32,000 bases of DNA, from NCBI RefSeq assembly GCF_001017655.1, contig NZ_CP010904.1, forward strand, positions 330,001-362,000, in the 5' to 3' direction. The notes under the pieces are model-generated. The model did not search any database. It had not been told where the DNA came from and saw only the letters and a list, made by a program, of their open reading frames with translations. Below are positions 1-8,173 of the stretch, piece after piece. Origin of the DNA: Kiritimatiella glycovorans (GTDB taxonomy: Bacteria; Verrucomicrobiota; Kiritimatiellia; Kiritimatiellales; Kiritimatiellaceae). The position numbers were made by a program, and so were the translations under genes. How positions within the stretch are numbered: the first letter of the stretch is position 1; each line of letters starts with the position of its first letter.

Positions 1-554
1 CCTACTTCCGCCGCCCCGCCGACGTCCGCAAGACGGTCTTCATGGTGTGGAAACATACCGCGCTCGACCGCGACGACGACCGCTGGCTCTACCTGCCGGA
101 TCTCGATCTGGTCAAGCGCATCGCGTCCTCGGAAGAGCGCACGAGCTTCGTGGGCACCCACTTTTTCTACGAGGACGTCTCCGGGCGCACCGCTGCGGAA
201 GACACGCATGAGCTGGTGGAGACGACGGAGAACTACTACGTGCTCCGGCACGATCCGAAAGAACCGAAGCAGGTCGAGTTCGCCTACTACAAGACGTGGA
301 TTCACCGGGAGTCGTTCCTCGTGGTGCAGTCGAAGTATTACGACGACCGCGACGAGGTCTACCGCACGTACACGGCGGAGTCGGTCGAGACGATCGACGG
401 CCACCCCACGGTCGTCAGGGCGCGCATGAGCGACGAGCGCCTCGGCGGACACACCACGGCCGAGTACAGCGGGGTGCGGTATGACGTCGGCCTGCCCGAC
501 GACATCTTCACCGAGCGCTACCTCCGGAAGGCGCCGATCGAGTATCTGCGATAA
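1..554 (+). CDS. LolA-like outer-membrane lipoprotein-sorting/carrier domain protein (5' end outside window)
   Basis: Frame 3 is open from the window edge (YFRRPADVRKTVF precedes the first Met at 42), so the gene begins upstream. The motifs DRWLYLPDLDLVKRI..SFVGTHFFYEDVSGR...IDGHPTVVRARMSD...GLPDDIFTERYL match my memory of the PF17131-type LolA-like family. The stop codon ends at 554. Confidence 0.75.
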   Translation, partial: YFRRPADVRKTVFMVWKHTALDRDDDRWLYLPDLDLVKRIASSEERTSFVGTHFFYEDVSGRTAAEDTHELVETTENYYVLRHDPKEPKQVEFAYYKTWIHRESFLVVQSKYYDDRDEVYRTYTAESVETIDGHPTVVRARMSDERLGGHTTAEYSGVRYDVGLPDDIFTERYLRKAPIEYLR

Positions 555-576
555 CCCGAAAGCAGTACAGGTTCCC

Positions 577-2031
577 ATGAAACACAGCCCTACCTGCAAG
601 TCGAACCGGTCCGCGGGCCTGCGTGTGGCGGCCCGGGCCGCCCTCGGCGGGATGCTGCTCGCGCTCTGCACGCGGGCGGAGGAACCCGCATTGCCCCCGG
701 GCCTCGGGGGGGGAGGGAACGAAGGCCGTGCCGAAGAGCCCGCACTGCCCTCCGGCCTGAGTAGCGGCGGCCAGCCGGCCCCGGCAGCCGAGCCGGAAGA
801 CGGGGGCGGGCCGGATAAACCGTTCAAGCTGCCGTTCGAGTGGTACGGGTTCTGGGAGACCCGCATCGGCAGCCGGCTGCAGAACGATCCGCACACCGCG
901 GAGGACCTGATCCTCGGCGAGACCCGCCTGCAGCTCGCGGCCTCGAAACGCCTGCCCGACGTCGGATTCAATGTCGTCGCCGACTTCCTCTACGATGAGG
1001 CTGCGGAGGAAGTCGGAGTGGAACTCGACCGCGGCGAGGGATGGATCGACCTGCGCGAGGCGAACGTGCTCTGGTCGCCGCGCTCCGACCTCGACCTCAA
1101 GATCGGGCGGCAGGTGCTGACGTGGGGCACCGGCGACATGCTGTTCATCAACGACAACTTCCCGAAGGACTGGCGTTCGTATTTCATCGGACGCGACGAG
1201 GAGTATCTCAAGGCCCCGTCCGATGCGGTCAAGGCCTCGTGGTTCAACCCGGTGGTGAACGTGGATTTGGTCTACACCCCGAAGTTCGACCACGACCGCT
1301 ACATCGACGGACAGCGCGTTTCGGTACTCGATCCGCCCGCGGGCGAAGACGCGGTGATGGATGCCGTGGCGCCGGACGAGTGGCTGGATAACGACGAGAT
1401 CGCCTTCCGCCTGCACCGCATGTTCGGGAGGTACGAGACGGCCCTCTACGGCTACGACGGATACTGGAAGAGTCCCGGCGGGCAGCGACCCGACGGACGG
1501 ATGACCTTCCCGCGGCTGGCGGTGTGGGGCGCGAGCGTGCGCGGGCCCCTGGCGGGCGGGATCGGCAACTTTGAAACCGGCTACTACGACTCGAAGGAGG
1601 ACCGCGGCGGCGACGACCCGCGGGTCAATAACAGCGAGTGGCGCGTGCTCGCGGGATACGAACGCGACCTGAAATCCGTCGCCAGCGACTTCACCGTGGG
1701 TCTGCAGTATTACGTGGAGTGGATGCAGGATCATGAGGACTATCTCTCTGCGCTGCCCGCAGGCGCCGCCGCGCGCGAAGAGGACCGTCACGTCGCAACC
1801 GTACGGCTCACGAAACTGCTGATGCGGCAGACCGTGGAACTGTCGCTGTTCACCTACTGGTCGCCCACGGACCACGACCTCTACGCGCGGCCGTACGCGG
1901 GCTGGGACCTGACCGATCAGTGGAAGATCGAAGCCGGCGGCAATCTCTTTCTCGGCGAAGACGACCACACCTTTTTCGGGCGCTTCGAGCGCAACAGCAA
2001 CCTGTACGCCGCGCTGCGGTACAGTTTCTGA
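577..2031 (+). CDS. putative outer-membrane beta-barrel protein
   Basis: The track ORF is 481..2031. I start it at ATG 577 (MKHSPTCKSNRSAGLRVAARAALGGMLLALC, signal-peptide-like), which also avoids overlap with the upstream gene. The C-terminus ...AALRYSF ends in Phe, as in BAM-dependent barrels, and there are amphipathic strand-like segments (DLKIGRQVLTWG, VDLVYTPKF, FTVGLQYYVEW). An internal 54-nt tandem duplication at 673-726/727-780 encodes RAEEPALP(P/S)GL... Confidence 0.6.
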   Translation: MKHSPTCKSNRSAGLRVAARAALGGMLLALCTRAEEPALPPGLGGGGNEGRAEEPALPSGLSSGGQPAPAAEPEDGGGPDKPFKLPFEWYGFWETRIGSRLQNDPHTAEDLILGETRLQLAASKRLPDVGFNVVADFLYDEAAEEVGVELDRGEGWIDLREANVLWSPRSDLDLKIGRQVLTWGTGDMLFINDNFPKDWRSYFIGRDEEYLKAPSDAVKASWFNPVVNVDLVYTPKFDHDRYIDGQRVSVLDPPAGEDAVMDAVAPDEWLDNDEIAFRLHRMFGRYETALYGYDGYWKSPGGQRPDGRMTFPRLAVWGASVRGPLAGGIGNFETGYYDSKEDRGGDDPRVNNSEWRVLAGYERDLKSVASDFTVGLQYYVEWMQDHEDYLSALPAGAAAREEDRHVATVRLTKLLMRQTVELSLFTYWSPTDHDLYARPYAGWDLTDQWKIEAGGNLFLGEDDHTFFGRFERNSNLYAALRYSF

Positions 2032-2084
2032 GATGCGTTTGAACCCTGAATGAACCCTGAGTTCCCGTAAACAAGGAGGACCCC

Positions 2085-2564
2085 ATGAAGAACTGGAAGA
2101 GTCTGTTGATCGGTTTGATCGCCGGAGCGGCGGCCACGGCGGCGCTCGGCTGGATGATGATGCCGGGGATGATGATCCTGACACACCGCAGCCCCTACGG
2201 CCTCGAGAAGACGGTCGAGACGCTGGTCTCGAACTACGAGAAGGGCGGATGGACCGTGCAGCGGATCATGAACATCGAGCAGTCGCTCGAAAAACAGGGC
2301 AAGACGGGCGTGCGTCCCGTGCGGGTCATCAAGGCCTGCCGGCCCGACTATGCCGCGGAGATCCTCAGCGAACCGGAGGCGAGGCGCGTGGCGGTCATGA
2401 TGCCCTGCAGCATCGCCGTGTACGAGCAGCCGGACGGGGAGGTGTACGTTTCCGCGATGAACGTCGGTTTGGTGGGGCGCATGTTCGGTGGTACCATCGC
2501 CAAAGTGATGGGCGGCCCCGTGGCCGAAGACGAACACGGATTTACGGCGTTTCTGCGCCGATAG
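2085..2564 (+). CDS. DUF302 domain protein with N-terminal membrane anchor
   Basis: SD AAGGAGGA lies 5 nt upstream of ATG 2085. The N-terminus has a hydrophobic helix (LLIGLIAGAAATAALGW). The core VIKACRPDYAAEIL....VMMPCSIAVYEQPDGEVYVSAMN matches the DUF302 pattern (CnP..a..il...lPCrv.vye.dG.v.v). Confidence 0.8.
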   Translation: MKNWKSLLIGLIAGAAATAALGWMMMPGMMILTHRSPYGLEKTVETLVSNYEKGGWTVQRIMNIEQSLEKQGKTGVRPVRVIKACRPDYAAEILSEPEARRVAVMMPCSIAVYEQPDGEVYVSAMNVGLVGRMFGGTIAKVMGGPVAEDEHGFTAFLRR

Positions 2565-2603
2565 ACACGGAAGATAACCGCAAGACATGAACAGGAGGAT
2601 ACA

Positions 2604-2924
2604 ATGAGCGAAGGCATCAAGGATCTCAACGGGGAAAATTTCGACCAGGCGGTGAACAGCGGGGTTGCGCTCGTGGATTTCTGGGCGCCCTGGTGCGGCC
2701 CCTGCAAAATGCAGACGCCGATTCTGGAGTCGCTCGCGGACAAGGTCGGCGACGAGGTGACCCTCGCCAAGGTCAACGTCGATGAGGGCCCGGAGATTGC
2801 GGCGCGGTACGGCGTGCGCAGCATCCCGACGCTGATCGTCTTCAAGGACGGCGAGGTCGCCCAGCAGTTCGTGGGCGTGAAGCAGGAAGCCGAACTGAAG
2901 CAGGCGATCGAGTCCGCGCAATGA
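2604..2924 (+). CDS. trxA: thioredoxin
   Basis: 106 aa with the canonical active site WAPWCGPCKM and a cis-Pro region (SIPTLIVFKDGE). SD AGGAGGA lies upstream. Confidence 0.95.
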   Translation: MSEGIKDLNGENFDQAVNSGVALVDFWAPWCGPCKMQTPILESLADKVGDEVTLAKVNVDEGPEIAARYGVRSIPTLIVFKDGEVAQQFVGVKQEAELKQAIESAQ

Positions 2925-3670
2925 CGCCGCCCGTTCTGGAGACGAGAGACCTGTCGCTGCAGCTCGGCGAAAGCCGTCTGCTCGACGGTCTCTCGGTCGA
3001 TTTCCACGAGGGCTGCATTCACGCTCTGGTCGGCCCCAACGGTGCGGGCAAGACGACCCTTGCCAATACGCTGATGGGGCTGCGGGGGTATCGTGGACAC
3101 GAGGGCGACATCCTGCTCGACGGTACCTCGCTGCGCGGGACCGGACCGGATGAACGCGCGCGCAGAGGGATGACGCTCGCCTGGCAGGAACCCGCCCGCT
3201 TCGAGGGATTGCGCGTCGAACGCTTTATTGCCGCCGGAGCGAAAGACCCCGGCGAAGGACGGCTGCGCGCCGTGCTCGAAGAGGTGGGCCTGGACCCCCG
3301 CAGCTATCTCGACCGCGCGGTCGATCCGTCGCTCAGCGGCGGCGAGCGCAAGCGGATCGAACTCGCCTCGATCCTCGCCATGGAACCGCGCATCGTCCTG
3401 ATGGACGAACCCGATTCGGGGATCGATGTCGAAGCGCTGAACTACATCTTCAAGGCCCTGAAAAACCTCAAGCGCGCCGGGGCCACGGTGATTCTGATCA
3501 CGCACAGCGCCGAAGTCCTCAAGCACGCCGGGGACGCGATGCTGATGTGCTGCGGCCGGCTGATCGACCGCGGGCCGGTCGATAAAATCCGACCCTACTT
3601 CGAGGGTCGATGCATTCCCTGCAACCATCCCAACCGCCCATCGCTCGGAGAAGGGGGGCGCCGTGAGTGA
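2921..3670 (+). CDS. sufC: Fe-S cluster assembly ATPase, SufC type
   Basis: Walker A GPNGAGKTT, ABC signature LSGGERKR, Walker B LMDEPDSGIDV, and the SufC-like stretch MG..GY....G.IL.DG..L....PDERAR.GM.LAWQ.P. The ATG overlaps the trxA stop (ATGA). There is an extra C-terminal CIPC motif. Confidence 0.85.
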   Translation: MTPPVLETRDLSLQLGESRLLDGLSVDFHEGCIHALVGPNGAGKTTLANTLMGLRGYRGHEGDILLDGTSLRGTGPDERARRGMTLAWQEPARFEGLRVERFIAAGAKDPGEGRLRAVLEEVGLDPRSYLDRAVDPSLSGGERKRIELASILAMEPRIVLMDEPDSGIDVEALNYIFKALKNLKRAGATVILITHSAEVLKHAGDAMLMCCGRLIDRGPVDKIRPYFEGRCIPCNHPNRPSLGEGGRRE

Positions 3671-4598
3671 CCGCGACGTACTCGCCGCGCTGTACCAGTC
3701 GATACGGCACGACCCCGCCGAATTCGGTCCCGGTACGGCCCGGCTGGAAGTGCACGGGAACCGCGTGATCGGCGCGCACCGTATTGCGGGCTTGAACGTG
3801 GACGTGGACGAGCGCGACGACGGTATCGCGGCGGTCATCCGCGTCGACGAAGGTGTGCGTATCGAACCGCCGGTGCATATGTGTTTCGGCATGCTCCCCG
3901 AAGAGGGACTGCAGAAGATCGACCTCGACATGAAGATCGGTGCGGACGCGTCCGTGAACATCCTCGCGCACTGCACCTTCCCCAACGCGGTGAACGTGCA
4001 GCACCTGATGGAAGCCGACATCGAGGTGGGGCCGGGGGCCGAGTACGCCTACTTCGAGCGCCACGTGCACGGGCCGGAGGGCGGGGTGAACGTCGTGCCG
4101 CACGCGCGCGTAGCCGTGCGCGAAGGCGGTAGTTTCAAGACCGAGTTCGAACTCATCCGCGGTCGCGTCGGGAAAATGGATATCGACTACGAGGCGGAAT
4201 GCGAAGCGCATGCGGTGCTCGACATGCTCGCGCGCATCAGCGGGCGCGGCGACGACTGTGTGCGGATCAACGAAGTCGGTCATCTGCGCGGTGCGCACGC
4301 CTCCGGCGCACTCACTTCGCATGTGGCGCTGCGCGAGAACGCGCGCGCCCGGATCGAAAACACGCTGACCGCGCACGCGCCCGGTGCGAGGGGTCATGTC
4401 GACTGTAAAGAGATCGTGCAGGACCACGCCGTGGCGTCCGCGGTTCCCGTCGTGGAAGTGCATCATCCCGGCGCACACATCACGCACGAGGCGGCCATCG
4501 GAAGCGTGGATTCCCGGCAGCTCGAAACGCTTCTCGCGCGCGGCTTGACCGAGGACCAGGCGACCGAACTGATCATCGAGGGATTGCTGAGCCGTTGA
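3663..4598 (+). CDS. short SufB/SufD-family Fe-S scaffold protein (311 aa)
   Basis: The GTG start overlaps the sufC stop by 8 nt. The C-terminal signature HEAAIGSVDSRQLETLLARGLTEDQATELIIEGLL is typical of SufB/SufD. Confidence 0.75.
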   Translation: MSDRDVLAALYQSIRHDPAEFGPGTARLEVHGNRVIGAHRIAGLNVDVDERDDGIAAVIRVDEGVRIEPPVHMCFGMLPEEGLQKIDLDMKIGADASVNILAHCTFPNAVNVQHLMEADIEVGPGAEYAYFERHVHGPEGGVNVVPHARVAVREGGSFKTEFELIRGRVGKMDIDYEAECEAHAVLDMLARISGRGDDCVRINEVGHLRGAHASGALTSHVALRENARARIENTLTAHAPGARGHVDCKEIVQDHAVASAVPVVEVHHPGAHITHEAAIGSVDSRQLETLLARGLTEDQATELIIEGLLSR

Positions 4599-4671
4599 TG
4601 CGCCGGGTCTGATAACGCGGGTGCGGAATGTGATGACGATGCAAATGCAATAAAAAAATTGATAATCACGA

Positions 4672-4700
4672 TTGCATAACCGGGGCGTTAATTCTATAAG
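4672..4700 (+). promoter_or_regulatory. sigma70-like promoter candidate for the histone-like gene (TTGCAT-17 nt-TATAAG)
   Basis: TTGCAT at 4672-4677 and TATAAG at 4695-4700 are separated by exactly 17 nt. They sit inside the only AT-rich patch (4640-4700) upstream of the 4805 CDS. The inverted repeat ATGCAAT (4645-4651) / ATTGCAT (4671-4677) overlaps the -35 element. Confidence 0.45.
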
Positions 4701-4804
4701 CGATTCAGACGCAGCCCTATGTGGGCGGTCTTACAAAGGGGCCCGGCCCTGAACGTTCAAGGGGACGAGGCCGGAAATCCGGAACGCAACGAGGAGACGC
4801 ACGG

Positions 4805-5263
4805 ATGGCAACCAAGCGAACGGCGCGCAAGAAAAGCGCCTCGAACCGCAAGACGACGAAGAAGTCCGCGGCGCGCAAGCGCCCCGCTTCGCGGAAGAAG
4901 ACCGCGAAGAAGAGCAGCAGCAAGAAGCCCGCGGCCAGCAAGAAGTCGGCGAGCCGGAAGAAGAGCGCCGCTCGCAAGAAGAGCCCCGCGAAGAAGACCT
5001 CCCGGAAGAAGCCGACTGCGAAGAAGTCCGCTTCGCGCAAGAAGAGCACGAGCAAGAAGACGGCGAAGAAGTCTTCCGCGAAGAAAAAACCGGCCGCGAA
5101 AAAGAAGTCTTCGGCGAAGAAGAAGCCGGCGGCTAAAAAGAAATCTTCGGCGAAGAAGAAGCCGGCTTCCCGGAAGAAAAGTTCCTCCAAAAAAACTTCT
5201 TCCCGCAAGAAGAGTCCGGCCCGCAAGAAGACGAGCCGCAAAAAGTCATCCTCCGGAAAATAA
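4805..5263 (+). CDS. lysine-rich histone H1-like / Hc1-AlgP-like basic nucleoid protein (152 aa)
   Basis: The track ORF is 4721..5263. I start it at ATG 4805, preceded by GAGGAG (4791-4796) with an 8-nt spacer. The protein is almost entirely K/S/A/R/P/T (MATKRTARKKSASNRKTTKKSAARKRPASRKK...), with KKSSAKKKPAAK repeats. The two other long ORFs over this region, an Arg-rich + frame and a Phe-rich - frame, are repeat artefacts. Confidence 0.7.
   Translation: MATKRTARKKSASNRKTTKKSAARKRPASRKKTAKKSSSKKPAASKKSASRKKSAARKKSPAKKTSRKKPTAKKSASRKKSTSKKTAKKSSAKKKPAAKKKSSAKKKPAAKKKSSAKKKPASRKKSSSKKTSSRKKSPARKKTSRKKSSSGK
5066..5173 (+). repeat. 3 x 36-bp in-frame tandem repeat inside the histone-like CDS
   Basis: The units are 5066-5101, 5102-5137 and 5138-5173: aagaagtcttc(c/g)gcgaagaa(a/g)aa(a/g)ccggc... 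Each encodes roughly KKSSAKKKPAAK. Confidence 0.9.
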
Positions 5264-5304
5264 TCGGGTGTGAGGATGCCTGAAGCCGGTACGACCGGCG
5301 AGTA

Positions 5305-5353
5305 CCGTCCTGTCCGGCGGCTGTGAAGCCAGCCGGACGGGACGGTTGTTTAT
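5305..5353 (+). terminator. intrinsic terminator candidate after the histone-like gene
   Basis: A 14-bp stem pairs 5305-5318 (ccgtcctgtccggc) with 5332-5345 (gccggacgggacgg), with one G-U pair. Three further GC pairs lie in the loop. TTGTTTAT follows at 5346-5353. Confidence 0.6.
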
Positions 5354-5434
5354 GGGAGCCGCATTCGGAGATGCATTGAAACCGGGACCGCGCGCGTCTG
5401 CGCGTTCGTTCCGGAAGGGCAGGAGGGCGGTGTC

Positions 5435-5884
5435 ATGCGTTGTCCCCGATGCAGTGAAAAAGACGACAAGGTGATCGACAGCCGGGAGGCGCGCGAGGGC
5501 GCCGCGATCCGGCGCCGGCGGGAGTGCCTGAGCTGCGGCCACCGCTTCACCACGTACGAGGAAGTGCTGAAGGCTAAGCTCCAGGTCGTCAAGCGCGACG
5601 GACGGCGCGAAGCGCTGGATCGCGACAAGATGTTTCAGAGCATCAAGGTCGCCTGCCAGAAGAGGCATATCAGCGTTCCCCGGATCAACGGCATCGTCGA
5701 TGCCATCCTGAACGAGATCGAAGCCGAGTATGAAAACGAAGTGCCCAGCACGGCGGTGGGCGAGAAGGTCATGATGCGCCTCGGCAGGCTTGACGCCGTG
5801 GCGTATGTGCGTTTTGCTTCGGTGTACCGGCGTTTTCGAGATGTGAACCAGTTCATGAGCGAAGTCGAGCGCATGCTTGAATAA
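5435..5884 (+). CDS. nrdR: transcriptional repressor NrdR
   Basis: MRCPRCSEKDDKVIDSRE....RRRRECLSCGHRFTTYE is the NrdR zinc ribbon, followed by an ATP-cone (KRDGRREALDRDKMFQSI...). Confidence 0.95.
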   Translation: MRCPRCSEKDDKVIDSREAREGAAIRRRRECLSCGHRFTTYEEVLKAKLQVVKRDGRREALDRDKMFQSIKVACQKRHISVPRINGIVDAILNEIEAEYENEVPSTAVGEKVMMRLGRLDAVAYVRFASVYRRFRDVNQFMSEVERMLE

Positions 5885-5886
5885 TC

Positions 5887-6552
5887 ATGACGAATTCCCG
5901 CTCCCAATCGGAACCGGCCCCCGCGATCCCGGGCGAAGACACGGCGCTCGGTCTGGGTCTGGACCCCGGCTGCGGGCGCGTCTGTGACGCGATGGCGGGG
6001 CTGGACGCCTTCCGTCGGCGTTACGGTATGGAGGCTTCGCTGAGCGGCCGCCGGGTCCTGCCCGCGGCCCGCGCCCTGTATAGCGTGGGCTGTCGCGACG
6101 AGGCGCTGGACGTGTTGAAGAGCGGGGCCTGCGAGCCGGTGGACCTGTGGATCGAACTGCTGGATGCCGAGGAGTGTCCGGCTTCGCTGTGGCCGCTGCT
6201 CCTCTCCGGTATGCTTCGCCCCGCGCGCTGGACGTCCCGGGGCAGTGAGGCGGGATGGGTCCTTGACCTCGGCCGCATGCGGGTGCGTCCGGAGGAAGCG
6301 CACGAACTGATGGTCCGGCGCGCGGCGGGGGCGGTCATCGAGCGCGCCGGTCCGCTCTGGAGTGCGCGTCGCGGCAGGCTGATGCTGGGCGTGGACGGAT
6401 TCAGGAAACTGGCCCGGGTCCTCGGCTACGGCAGGCGCGGAACGCAGGCCTTCCGCTGCGAGATGCTGACGTATCTGCGGGACGTGCTGCACCGGGAGTC
6501 GTGCCGCCGGGGCTGGCGGGCCATGCCGGTGGTGTGGGGCGTGGATCTTTAA
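5887..6552 (+). CDS. hypothetical protein (221 aa, Cys/Arg/Trp-containing), coupled to nrdR
   Basis: The ATG lies 2 nt after the nrdR stop (TAA-tc-ATG). Third-position GC is strongly enriched in this frame and the gene is co-directional with its neighbours. I recognise no family. Confidence 0.55.
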   Translation: MTNSRSQSEPAPAIPGEDTALGLGLDPGCGRVCDAMAGLDAFRRRYGMEASLSGRRVLPAARALYSVGCRDEALDVLKSGACEPVDLWIELLDAEECPASLWPLLLSGMLRPARWTSRGSEAGWVLDLGRMRVRPEEAHELMVRRAAGAVIERAGPLWSARRGRLMLGVDGFRKLARVLGYGRRGTQAFRCEMLTYLRDVLHRESCRRGWRAMPVVWGVDL

Positions 6553-6583
6553 CCCGCGGCACGCGGGGAGTCTGAAGGAACGG

Positions 6584-8173
6584 ATGACGATGAGCGGGAG
6601 GCGAGTCGCGCCGGCCGGATTCGGCCGGTGCCTGTGTTTCTGGGGCGGTGCCGTCGGCAGCGGCGTTCTGCTCGCGGCCGCCTTCCCGCCCTTTGCGCTT
6701 CCCGCGGCCGCATGGGTGGCGCTCGTGCCGCTCTGGCTGGTCTGCGCGCGGGAGACCCCGGCGCGCATTCTCTGGGCCGGATGGATTTCCGCGCTGGTGT
6801 TCTTCCTCATTTCACTGTCGTGGCTGAACCGGGTGACGGTGCCGGGGACGATCATACTGTCCGCGGTGTGCGCCCTCTATACGCTGCCCTTCACGGCGGT
6901 TCTCGCGCTGTTCTACAGGGTGCGTCCCCGCCCGTCCGCGGCGGCCAATCTCGCGGTGATGGCGCTCGGCGCTGCGGCCTGGGCGGGAGCGGAATACGCG
7001 CGCGGCGTGATGTTCACGGGTTTTCCCTGGAACGCGCTGGGCGTAAGCCAGTATGCGCAGGTGCCCCTGATCCAGATCGCCGCCTGGGGCGGCGTCCCCG
7101 CGCTCTCGGCCCTCGCGGTGTGGGTGAACGGCGGCGTGGCCGCCACCGTGCTCCATTACGCCCGGAACGGCGCGCGGCGGACGCGTCCGCACGTGGAACT
7201 CGCCGCCGGGTTCCTGCTCATGGCCGCGGCGTTCGGATTCGGATGGCGCGGCGTGATGCGCGCCTCTCCGTCCGGGGACCCGGTGCGGGTCGCGCTCGTC
7301 CAGCCGGCGATTCCGCAGGTCCGGGAGTGGACGGCACCGCACGTCGAGACCATCTACCGCCGGCTGAAGAGTCTCTCGGTCGCCGCGCTGCGCGGGGCCG
7401 AACCCGATCTCCTGATCTGGCCGGAGACCGCGCTGCCGGATTTCGCGCGCCGGAGCCCGCGCAGCCGATCCTTCATCTCGGAGATCACGACCAACGGCGT
7501 GCCGCTGCTCGCCGGCAGCATGGACCTCGAATGGAAGGGCGGCAGACCGGTCTATTACAACAGCTCGATCCTCTTTGACCGTACCGGGGCTGAACGGGCG
7601 AAGTACGACAAGAAACACCTGGTCGTGTTCGGGGAATATGTCCCGCTGGAGAAGTACCTGCCGTTCCTGCGCGCCCTGAGTCCCAACGAGTCGGATTTCA
7701 GTCCCGGTTCGAAGACCGTGGTCTTTCGCGGGGCCGGCGAGGTACCGCCGTTTTCCGTGCTCATCTGCTTCGAGGACGTCTTTCCGGATCTGTCGCGCGC
7801 CGCGGTGCGGGCCGGGGCGCGCTGGCTCGTGAATCAGACCAACGACGGCTGGTTCGAAGGCACCGCCGCTTCACGCCAGCACCTCGCCCACAGCGTCTTC
7901 CGGGCCGTGGAGACGCGCGTCCCGCTGGTGCGCTGCTCGAACACCGGCGTGACGGGAGCGATCGACCGCTTCGGGCGTATCCACGCGCTGCTGCGGTCGC
8001 CGGAGGGCGAGGAAGACCGTCCCGGATTTCTGACGACTGCGGTGCTACCGGTGACGGATCCGCCTTCGACGCTCTACCTGGAGCACGGGCCGTGGTTTGG
8101 AAAATCGTGTGCGGCGCTCGCCGCGGTGGTGTTAATACTGCTCTATATACCCTACCGGAGGGCGACCGCGTAA
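6584..8173 (+). CDS. lnt: apolipoprotein N-acyltransferase
   Basis: A multi-TM N-terminal half is followed by a CN-hydrolase domain with the motifs LLIWPETALP, KKHLVVFGEYVP and VLICFEDVFP (catalytic E-K-C). Confidence 0.9.
   Translation: MTMSGRRVAPAGFGRCLCFWGGAVGSGVLLAAAFPPFALPAAAWVALVPLWLVCARETPARILWAGWISALVFFLISLSWLNRVTVPGTIILSAVCALYTLPFTAVLALFYRVRPRPSAAANLAVMALGAAAWAGAEYARGVMFTGFPWNALGVSQYAQVPLIQIAAWGGVPALSALAVWVNGGVAATVLHYARNGARRTRPHVELAAGFLLMAAAFGFGWRGVMRASPSGDPVRVALVQPAIPQVREWTAPHVETIYRRLKSLSVAALRGAEPDLLIWPETALPDFARRSPRSRSFISEITTNGVPLLAGSMDLEWKGGRPVYYNSSILFDRTGAERAKYDKKHLVVFGEYVPLEKYLPFLRALSPNESDFSPGSKTVVFRGAGEVPPFSVLICFEDVFPDLSRAAVRAGARWLVNQTNDGWFEGTAASRQHLAHSVFRAVETRVPLVRCSNTGVTGAIDRFGRIHALLRSPEGEEDRPGFLTTAVLPVTDPPSTLYLEHGPWFGKSCAALAAVVLILLYIPYRRATA

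Noticed and set aside
5066-5173. A CRISPR-like or noncoding tandem array
   Set aside because: The repeats are contiguous with no spacers. They are in phase (36 bp = 12 codons) and lie inside a CDS.
4717-5273. Arg-rich (+, 4719..5273) and Phe-rich (-, 4717..5241) ORFs over the lysine-repeat region
   Set aside because: They are alternative frames of an AAG/AAA-rich repeat. Only the Lys-rich frame has an SD-preceded ATG (4805) and resembles known histone-like proteins.
508-6855. Other long antisense ORFs (508..2184, 2348..4021, 3519..4487, 5635..6855, all on the - strand)
   Set aside because: Each overlaps recognisable + strand genes (barrel, trxA/sufC/sufB-like, nrdR, lnt) and crosses gene boundaries. 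I see no motifs in them. They are explained by GC3-driven stop depletion.
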